64,000 nt of DNA from contig SOIM01000059.1 of assembly GCA_004377185.1 (NCBI GenBank), positions 10,999 through 74,998 on the forward strand, in the 5' to 3' direction. The notes below the pieces were generated by a model that was not told the DNA's origin, did no database searches, and worked only from the letters and a program-made list of their open reading frames with translations. Positions 28,271-35,418 of the stretch are shown here, piece after piece. Every line of letters begins with the position of its first letter. Position 1 is the first letter of the stretch. This DNA comes from Methanomassiliicoccales archaeon. Its GTDB lineage: Archaea > Thermoplasmatota > Thermoplasmata > RBG-16-68-12 > SOIM01. Made by a program: the position numbers and the translations under genes.

Positions 28271-31108
28271 TTACACAACTATGCAGACTATTACAACCCA
28301 GTGTCCGCCATCGTCATCCTCAACTGTCAGTGCAACATAGTAGGTCCCGCTCCCAGTGAAAGCATGGTTCATACTCTCACTTATCTCCACAGGATATGTC
28401 GCATTCGCATTCAAATAGAAGCTTGTTGTGTTCGTTCCGTCCCCGAAGTCCCAATAGAAGGTCAGATCATCCGCACCAGGATCGAACGCAGTCGCCTGAA
28501 ATGTCAGGCCATGTATCAAAACTGCAGCGGTCAAATCCACTTCCCAGACATATGACTCAGGATGCTGAACATTGAATGTGTGATGTATCCAGAGCTCCTG
28601 TCCGTCGCTGAATGTGAGTATTATCCAACATGGATTGGCTCCGTTTGGTTTGCCGTTTATCGGATCCTCTTCAGGCGTGTAGCGGACTATCGCTGAGTAA
28701 CTCTTCGAAATATCTACCTGCAGATGCGTTAAGTCCCGCATTTGCTCATTGGGGCTTCCTGGGTAGCGAATGAGAGTCCCGTTTACTATGGGGATTCCAT
28801 CTTCGTACATCTCGATGGTCACATCGTGCCACTTCTCGCCTGCTATTCTGAGCGAAGCGTCAACCTCCACAGGGAGCACTTCCAGGGTCACGGTTGGAGG
28901 AACGTTCTTTACCAGTACATGGGCTGTATCTACTCCAACCCCGCCATCGTCATCCGTGACTCTCAGGGCCACATATCCATCAAAGTCGTCAATGTAAGTG
29001 TGAGAAACAGTCTGTCCAGTAGCATCAATATCGAAGGTCGACCCATCATAGTCGAAATCCCATTCAAAGGTGTGGGTGTCATTCGCTCCCGAATCATATG
29101 CACTGCCGTTGAAGATGAATATGGATACCTCGAATCCTTCCTTGTCCTCTCCCGCTTTCGCTATCGGAGGTACGTTCACTATCGTGACTGTAGTGACATC
29201 CAGGTCCCATCCGCCATCGTCATCCGTGACTCTCAGAGCTACGTTCCCAGAGTAATCATCGTGCCATGTCTTTGGATATGGGTTTCCTGTGGCGTCGGGT
29301 GTGAATGTGATTCCGTCGTAGTCGAAATCCCATTCGTAGGTGTGTGTATCCAGAGGTCCGGGATCGGTGTGGTCGCCCTTGAACTGGATTGGAATTCCTT
29401 CGAAACCGTGGTAGTGTCCGTTTGCGGTTGCGTCGGGTGGAACATTGTGCACTGTCACGTGAGTGACGTCCAGGTCCCAGCCTCCGTCGTCGTCGATGAC
29501 CTTGAATGCGACGTTCCAATCGAAGTCGTCAAGCCATTGATGAGTTGGGCTCTGTTGGGTTGAATCGACATTGAACGTGATGCCGTCAAAGTCGAAATCC
29601 CATTGGAAGATGTGTGTGTCCAAGATTCCAGAATCGGTGAAGGTTCCGGTGAATTGGACCGTGTGGGGCTCGTCCCCTTCGTACGGGCCGTCGGCGTTTG
29701 CGGTAGGAGCCACGTTGAGGACGGTTGCGATGCAGGTGTCGGTGTCCACTTGTCCTGAATCGTCTATGACCTTCAAAGTGACTACATAAACACCATTGTC
29801 ATAATATACATGGCTCGAAGTTGGCCCCGTTGCCTCATTGTCGTTTGTGTAATTGCCATCACTGTCAGAATCTACCAAGGAGTCGAAATCCCATGAATAG
29901 GATAGTATGGTTCCGTCGGGATCAAATGACCCAGTTCCATTGAATTCGGTCGAAGAACCCTCGGGGCCTTCTGTATCTACAGCGGCAACAGCTACTGGAG
30001 GCTTGTTTGCAGTCAAGTTGGTCTTTGTCGCATATTTGAGGACGTGATAGGCTTGAAAGCCCGCATAGGCCACATGGGGAATACCCTCATCATCTAGAGC
30101 CAGTGATGTGCCCCAGTAGATGTAGCTGACCGAATCGATTCTCTCAACATTCCATTTCGCTCCAGTCCAGTTCGCATACTTGAGTTCGCGGTTGAATCTG
30201 TCAAGGTACGTCACATGTGGATGCCCATTCTGGTCAAGAGCTATTGATGTGTGCCAGCCAACCTCGCCAGCAGAATCGATGGTTTCGAAGTTCCAGATGT
30301 TTCCTGTGAAGTTCGCATACTTCAGGCTGAAGCTGGACTCGCTGAAGTAGCTTATATGAGGAATGTCGAGCTCGTCGAGAGCAATAGATGTATATTTGCC
30401 GACATCCCCCGAAGAGTCGACAGTCTGGATGCTCCATTTGGTCCCAGTCCACTGTGCGTATTTGAGACTCTCACCAGTGGCATTGTGGTAACTGATGTGG
30501 GCATGGTTGTTCCTGTCCACACCTATTGAGGAGTAGTAGCCGACTTTACCACTTGAGTCGACTGTGTAGTTAACCCATTTGGTACCTGTCCACTTAGCAT
30601 ATTTGAGATCGTGGTTGGCATTGTCGTAGTAGCTGATGTGAGGGCGATCTTCAGTGTCAAGCGCCATGGATGTGAACCAGCCAACACTGCCCACAGAGTC
30701 GACAGTGTCGTTAATCCAGCCAGTTCCTGTCCACTTCGCGTATTTCAGATCATCGTGATTCCCATCGAAATAGCTGATGTGCGGATAATCGTTCTTGTCT
30801 AATGAGAGCGATATCATTCCCCCAATACTACCAGTATCATCAACTGTAGTCTTGGTCCAATTCGTACCCGTCCAATTTGCGTACTTTAGAACATCCTTAG
30901 TGTCATCCAGATATGCAATGCAGGGATAGCCATGTTTGTCCAAAGCTATTGAGGCAAATTTCCCGACATCGCCATTGGAGTCAACGACCACTATATTCCA
31001 ATCACTTCCTCCAAACGGAGAAGGGTCCAAACCTAGTTGAGGAAAAGCACTTGCTGACAGGTTAACTGCAACTAATAGAGAGAACATATTCTTGGCGAAT
31101 CCTTTCAT
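28271..31108 (-). CDS. secreted protein: 7-bladed beta-propeller (seven 47-aa repeats) followed by about five PKD domains
   Basis: I prefer the start at the ATG at 31108 (GGAGG SD upstream; signal peptide MKGFAKNMFSLLVAVNLSASA). Seven tandem repeats fit the pattern W...TVDS.G.VG...S+ALD....PHISY......LKYA.WTG. PKD signatures (WDFDFDGITF..., WDFGDGT...) fill the C-terminal half. Confidence 0.8.
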   Translation of the reverse strand: MKGFAKNMFSLLVAVNLSASAFPQLGLDPSPFGGSDWNIVVVDSNGDVGKFASIALDKHGYPCIAYLDDTKDVLKYANWTGTNWTKTTVDDTGSIGGMISLSLDKNDYPHISYFDGNHDDLKYAKWTGTGWINDTVDSVGSVGWFTSMALDTEDRPHISYYDNANHDLKYAKWTGTKWVNYTVDSSGKVGYYSSIGVDRNNHAHISYHNATGESLKYAQWTGTKWSIQTVDSSGDVGKYTSIALDELDIPHISYFSESSFSLKYANFTGNIWNFETIDSAGEVGWHTSIALDQNGHPHVTYLDRFNRELKYANWTGAKWNVERIDSVSYIYWGTSLALDDEGIPHVAYAGFQAYHVLKYATKTNLTANKPPVAVAAVDTEGPEGSSTEFNGTGSFDPDGTILSYSWDFDSLVDSDSDGNYTNDNEATGPTSSHVYYDNGVYVVTLKVIDDSGQVDTDTCIATVLNVAPTANADGPYEGDEPHTVQFTGTFTDSGILDTHIFQWDFDFDGITFNVDSTQQSPTHQWLDDFDWNVAFKVIDDDGGWDLDVTHVTVHNVPPDATANGHYHGFEGIPIQFKGDHTDPGPLDTHTYEWDFDYDGITFTPDATGNPYPKTWHDDYSGNVALRVTDDDGGWDLDVTTVTIVNVPPIAKAGEDKEGFEVSIFIFNGSAYDSGANDTHTFEWDFDYDGSTFDIDATGQTVSHTYIDDFDGYVALRVTDDDGGVGVDTAHVLVKNVPPTVTLEVLPVEVDASLRIAGEKWHDVTIEMYEDGIPIVNGTLIRYPGSPNEQMRDLTHLQVDISKSYSAIVRYTPEEDPINGKPNGANPCWIILTFSDGQELWIHHTFNVQHPESYVWEVDLTAAVLIHGLTFQATAFDPGADDLTFYWDFGDGTNTTSFYLNANATYPVEISESMNHAFTGSGTYYVALTVEDDDGGHWVVIVCIVV

Positions 31109-31700
31109 CAGACTCCTCCCCTCAATCCTTGTGTAGCTACCCTCGCAACAAACTCGCCTAGATTCAGGTTCGAGATGTATGGATGGACAATATATGCTTG
31201 CTCGTATTTGTTCTTTCTTCTTGAGGAGTTGAGCAACCAACACGCATGCTACATGAGTCTTCTTGTCCCCTGACAGCAAGATGCTCTTTAGTTCTCCCAA
31301 CTTGAGAAGGAACCTCACAAAGGGATTCCCAAGATAACCACATGAAGATATGCTAAAGGGTCGAGATCCGCAAAGTTCCCTTGCCAAGATATTCGAACTC
31401 AACCTCACCCCGACCTCAAATCCCGCCATTTCTGCGAGCTACGATGGGATGGCGACGATGAGGCTGTTTCCCACCTTTCGGATTTTGCGAGTGAGAGTCA
31501 TGCTTCCACTTGTGAATCTTCAAGGACATGGAGATGGATATGCTTTTCGACTGACAAATAGGTGTTATTTTGGGTTCTGAACCTATATTGGGTTAAATCC
31601 CGTGGGTCCACTTCGCTCCAAGACCAGGTTCACTGACCGAGGTGTTGCTGTGACGGGAACTGGCACATTGGGAAGAGGTCTGTAACCACACCACAATAGA

Positions 31701-31708
31701 TTTATAGA
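31701..31708 (+). promoter_or_regulatory. TATA-box-like element of the Ufm1-like operon
   Basis: TTTATAGA is centred about 34 nt upstream of the ATG at 31738, implying a very short leader. The alternative ATG at 31720 is too close to this box to lie within the transcript. Confidence 0.4.
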
Positions 31709-31737
31709 TAGCATTCTCTATGATACACGGGATTGAT

Positions 31738-31983
31738 ATGGCGCAAGTCACGTTGAGGTTCATATTCATCAGTGACGCGGACCGTCCGACTGTATCGCTA
31801 AAGGTTCCGGAGGACATGCTTTTTCAGGAAGCTCTTGTGATGGCAGCCAAGAAACAGGGGAAGGATTCCAGCATCGTGACCGCGACCTTTCCCGGCGGGT
31901 CCCCCATCGAGGGCGGGACGGTCAAGGAAGTGGCCGACAAGAGTCCGAACATACACGTGATCGATCCTTCTGTCGTCGGATGA
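31738..31983 (+). CDS. UFM1-like ubiquitin-fold modifier (81 aa, C-terminal Gly directly followed by the stop)
   Basis: MAQVTLRFIFISDADRPTVSLKVPEDMLFQEALVMAAKKQGKDSSIVTATFPGGSPIEGGTVKEVADKSPNIHVIDPSVVG*. From memory, human UFM1 is [40 protein letters not shown]...LRIIPRDRVG(SC). Shared features are the same length class, the SD...P...L.VPE...F...L..AA core and the terminal VG. It is the first gene of an E2/E1/JAB operon. Confidence 0.75.
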   Translation: MAQVTLRFIFISDADRPTVSLKVPEDMLFQEALVMAAKKQGKDSSIVTATFPGGSPIEGGTVKEVADKSPNIHVIDPSVVG

Positions 31984-31990
31984 GATACAG

Positions 31991-32458
31991 ATGCGAACTG
32001 AGGATGACCTGTTCTACTTTCTTCAGTGTGCAACAGTCGCTTCGCCCAGGGACGACGATTGGCTGTTCAGGGTGAAGGAAGAGAAGTATGCGTTGGAGAA
32101 GTTCAGCGAGTATCTGAGATTCCTGGAAGGGAACGAGTGGTTCACCCTCGGTCCCATAGATGAGAGAGCCACGCGCTGGAAGGGCGTGGTAAATGGGTGG
32201 GGGTATGAATTCGACATGGAGATGGTCCTGAAGGACGCGTATCCGACCACACCACCTGCAGTCCGAATACCTGAACTGATGAAGTACACCGACAGAAAGC
32301 TGGATGACAGCGTTCTCGGGCTGAGAATATGCGACATGCACATGGAACAGAACTTCTGGTGGGATGAACATTCGGGCATCGCCCTGTACCTGAAGAGGGA
32401 GGTCTCCTATTGGGTCCAGAGCGTGATTGAGTCCATGAAGGAGAAGGGCTGGATATGA
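31991..32458 (+). CDS. UFC1-like E2 (Ufm1-conjugating enzyme homologue)
   Basis: SPRDDDWLFRVKEEKYALEKF, RWKG..., YEFDMEMVLKDAYPTTPPAVRIPEL and GLRICDMHMEQNFWW. Remembered human UFC1 has [52 protein letters not shown] and GGKICLTDHFKPLW. The putative catalytic Cys114 is the codon TGC at 32330-32332. Confidence 0.8.
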   Translation: MRTEDDLFYFLQCATVASPRDDDWLFRVKEEKYALEKFSEYLRFLEGNEWFTLGPIDERATRWKGVVNGWGYEFDMEMVLKDAYPTTPPAVRIPELMKYTDRKLDDSVLGLRICDMHMEQNFWWDEHSGIALYLKREVSYWVQSVIESMKEKGWI

Positions 32459-33207
32459 CGGAAAGGTATGCTCGCCTCGGGCAATTCGAGTTCGCAGATT
32501 TCTCCAAGCTCAGGGACAAGAAGGCGATGGTCGTAGGCGTAGGAGGACTGGGAGCTCTCACAGCGGAGATCATGGCCAGAGTCGGGATAGGAGAGCTTGT
32601 GTTGATGGATTATGACAAACTGGAAGAGGCGAATCTGAATCGGTTGATATACAATGTTGACCAGGTCGGCATGCCCAAGGTGGACGCCCTCAAAGAGCAC
32701 TTGTTCAAGGCCAATCCAGATGTGAAGATCACAACCTATCCGTATGACATAACGGACGGAGAAGGTTACGACGCGTTCCTCAACGAGATAGCGAAATGCG
32801 ACATCATCTTTGGGTGTGTGGATACCTTTCAGGTAAGATTGTTCATCAACTCCCAGGCGGTCAAATCAAGGAAGACACTCGTCGATGGAGGAGCGTCGAA
32901 TGATGGCATCAACGGAAGCGTTCATGTCGTAATACCCGGGGAGACGGCATGCTACCGATGCAACAGACCTCTGGCAAGAGAGGAGAAAGCACAGACGCAC
33001 AGGAGCGATGGTTCGGGCCTTTGTCATTTTGCCTCCCTCCCCACGACAATGGCGATAATCTCCAGTCTGCAGTGCCAGGAAGGTCTGAAGTACCTCCTGG
33101 GATTCGGAGAGGTGGCCTCATATCTGATGTACTACGGTCTGGAAGGAAAGATGGAAAGGTACGATTGGAAAAGGGACCCGGACTGCCCCGTTTGCGGGAA
33201 GGTTTAG
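32455..33207 (+). CDS. UBA5-like E1 (ThiF/MoeB-fold adenylating enzyme, minimal 250-aa form)
   Basis: VGVGGLGALTAEIMARVGIGELVLMDYDKLEEANLNRLIY, CVDTFQVRLFIN, VIPGETACYRC, GLCHFASLPTTMAIISS and DCPVC. Remembered UBA5 has [63 protein letters not shown] and GVCAASLPTTMGVVAG. The putative catalytic Cys190 is the codon at 33022-33024. Two CxxC pairs form a Zn site. There is an ATGA overlap with the E2 gene. Confidence 0.85.
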   Translation: MTERYARLGQFEFADFSKLRDKKAMVVGVGGLGALTAEIMARVGIGELVLMDYDKLEEANLNRLIYNVDQVGMPKVDALKEHLFKANPDVKITTYPYDITDGEGYDAFLNEIAKCDIIFGCVDTFQVRLFINSQAVKSRKTLVDGGASNDGINGSVHVVIPGETACYRCNRPLAREEKAQTHRSDGSGLCHFASLPTTMAIISSLQCQEGLKYLLGFGEVASYLMYYGLEGKMERYDWKRDPDCPVCGKV

Positions 33208-33208
33208 C

Positions 33209-34210
33209 ATGAATGATTCCATTCTGATTCGTGAAGGCGCGATCGACTCCCTGCTGAGCCATGCTCTCAGGTCGGCAAAGGCTCACGGCAAAGAGGTCAT
33301 AGGCTGGCTGATGGGGTTCTTTCAGAAGGAAGGGGTATGCGTATCCGAGTCCGTTCCATGCACCAAATACAGATTCCAATCCCGGTTCGGGGCGGAAGCG
33401 GATCCGACCCAGGAGGCGGAAATCGCCAGTTTGTATCCAAGGAATGTTGGGATTGTGGGATTGTATCACTCTCATCCTTTTGCAATGAGATTGGAAGGGG
33501 GCCATTTCCGACGGATATCCAGCTTGGACGACATCTTTCACAGCAGTACGGACGACAGCATGCTCAGGGCCAGGTCCAGCAGAAGGAAGAACTACCTCTC
33601 CATCGTCACGAACGGGATCGACTACTCGTGCTATGTCATGAAGAAGGGCTCAAAAGAGATTGAACCCGCTTTGGTCGGAGAGATCCCCTACAAGAATTCC
33701 CTTCAATCCTACCACAGCAACTTCAGCATTCACTTGGAGGAGGAAATGGAGAACGTTGAGCTCAAGGACGCGATAAGGAAGATTAGCTGGGAGCTGATGG
33801 ACCGCGCCAAGAAAGACCTCAAGCAAGAGGGTCTGTCAATAGAGAAGGGGACGTTCAACAGGCATCGTTTCAGATCCAGACAAAAGAGTACGGAAATCAC
33901 TCCAGAGAACATGTTGAGTTTCGACAAAGGGAACGATTCCATCAAAGGCGAGGCACACATATCCCTCTCACCGGTCGTGTACACTGCCTTGGAGGACGAG
34001 AAGGAAATCAACATAGCCATGAAGGAAGAGATCTTGGATAACATCGCCTATCTCTTGTGGAAGCTCTCCCTTTCCAAGACGCCCGCAATGCGGAGGAGAT
34101 GGAGCAGGGTCGAAATCCACCTGGGCAACGTTGAGATTGACGAATCCGAGTCCCTTCCCAAGAAAAGGTTCCAAACACCGGAAAGAGAGATCACAATCAA
34201 ACGCTCATAG
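33209..34210 (+). CDS. JAB/MPN+ (JAMM) metalloprotease with a C-terminal extension of about 180 aa
   Basis: Glu in KEVIGWLMG, and HSHP at 33467-33478 (GLYHSHPF), followed by SSLDD / HSSTDD as candidate S..D elements. It starts 1 nt after the E1 stop. Confidence 0.8.
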   Translation: MNDSILIREGAIDSLLSHALRSAKAHGKEVIGWLMGFFQKEGVCVSESVPCTKYRFQSRFGAEADPTQEAEIASLYPRNVGIVGLYHSHPFAMRLEGGHFRRISSLDDIFHSSTDDSMLRARSSRRKNYLSIVTNGIDYSCYVMKKGSKEIEPALVGEIPYKNSLQSYHSNFSIHLEEEMENVELKDAIRKISWELMDRAKKDLKQEGLSIEKGTFNRHRFRSRQKSTEITPENMLSFDKGNDSIKGEAHISLSPVVYTALEDEKEINIAMKEEILDNIAYLLWKLSLSKTPAMRRRWSRVEIHLGNVEIDESESLPKKRFQTPEREITIKRS

Positions 34211-34627
34211 CTTGGTGCCACACTTCCCGCAGAACAAATCTTCGTCCTTGGCCTTGGTATCGCATTCTGAACATTTCTTGACGGTCGGTTTCCCGCATTT
34301 CCCGCAGAAGGCGTCATCCGGGCTCAAAGCGGCCCCACAGCCTCTGCACTCCTTCTTCGCTGTTTTGGCAGTCTTGTCATAACATTCCCTGCAGATGTAT
34401 TCTGTCACCCCTTGGCTTTCCATCTCGATGTACGCCGGCTTTGTCTTGCCACAGACCTTGCAGGCCTTCTCCTCTTGTGGCTTCTTGGCTCCAGAGAGCT
34501 CCACGATATGTATCTCTTCCTTTGGGGGCTGTGGTTCGGTATCTTCCTGTTCAGGTGAAGTCGGGGGGGGCTCCTCTTCCTGCACGTAAAGCAGATTCGG
34601 GATGTCAAATAAAAAGATTGCCTTCAA
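34205..34627 (-). CDS. triple zinc-ribbon protein with an acidic/Pro-rich N-terminus (hypothetical)
   Basis: Six CxxC pairs: CKVCG...CRECY, CRGCG...CGKCG, CSECD...CGKCG. It is convergent with the JAB gene and overlaps it by 6 nt. Confidence 0.6.
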   Translation of the reverse strand: MKAIFLFDIPNLLYVQEEEPPPTSPEQEDTEPQPPKEEIHIVELSGAKKPQEEKACKVCGKTKPAYIEMESQGVTEYICRECYDKTAKTAKKECRGCGAALSPDDAFCGKCGKPTVKKCSECDTKAKDEDLFCGKCGTKL

Positions 34628-35009
34628 CGAAGGAACTGAGCCGGGAGGGTCTTTGCCTGACCCTACTTTGTCAAAGGAATGCCTCTTACCACTGGCCTCT
34701 GACTGGAATCACGTTTTGAGAGATATGTCAAATAGCCAGAACCTACGTTGAGATGGAGGACCGTCACTTTCTCCAGATTGACCATTGACCTATGGTTCCT
34801 CATGTTCTTCCCTTCGGTACACTGTGTCCGTTACGTGTTTGGATTTGACGCCTATTAAAAGCCACGTTCTTGGTATCACTTTTGATAATTTTCGCACTGC
34901 CCGCCTATAAAGGCCATAAGCGAAAGCTGAGATCTTCCAGAATTATTACCAAACAACTAAATACGAGCAAAGACAGAATAATATACAAGATAGGGTGGGA
35001 GGCTAGCAG

Positions 35010-35363
35010 TTGATTGTGACTGTAGACCGACTGAAGAAAGCGGTAGCAAAGAAGTTCGACCTCGAAGAGCCCGAGGCAGGAGAGATGGCCGAGCGCGTGT
35101 TGAGCTATTTCGGTTTCACAAACGTCATTATCGATAACGTGCTTAACCCTGAGGACAGGAGGCTTTTCTACAAACTCAATGACGTGGGTCTGCTGCACAC
35201 GTACGCTGAGAGACTAATGCTTCCGAGCGGGAAGACGTGGAGGATCTTCTACTGGGAGATGTCCGACAACGAAATCGCAAGGGTTCTGAAGAAAAAGAAG
35301 GCCGCGAAGAAGACAACATATTCCTCTCTGCCTTCGGAATATTGGGCTAGCCTGAGCGCATAG
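35010..35363 (+). CDS. hypothetical protein (117 aa, basic C-terminus)
   Basis: The TTG start at 35010 lies 7 nt after GGGTGGGAGG. I recognise no family. Confidence 0.5.
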   Translation: MIVTVDRLKKAVAKKFDLEEPEAGEMAERVLSYFGFTNVIIDNVLNPEDRRLFYKLNDVGLLHTYAERLMLPSGKTWRIFYWEMSDNEIARVLKKKKAAKKTTYSSLPSEYWASLSA

Positions 35364-35418
35364 GTCTTGTTATCTGCCCGCCTTAGAGCTTTTGGTTCCA
35401 CCTGCACGTGACTCACTA

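Noticed and set aside
28742-29563. 273-aa plus-strand ORF
   Set aside because: It is antisense to the PKD-domain array, whose WDFD.DG signatures are unambiguous on the minus strand.
31109-31429. N-terminal 107-codon extension of the propeller/PKD ORF (ORF-track start 31429)
   Set aside because: The extension has no signal peptide or motif. The internal ATG at 31108 is preceded by GGAGG and starts a textbook signal peptide.
32909-33541. 210-aa minus-strand ORF spanning the E1/JAB junction
   Set aside because: It is antisense to two genes with strong family motifs. The translation is Pro/Ser/Arg-rich with no signature.
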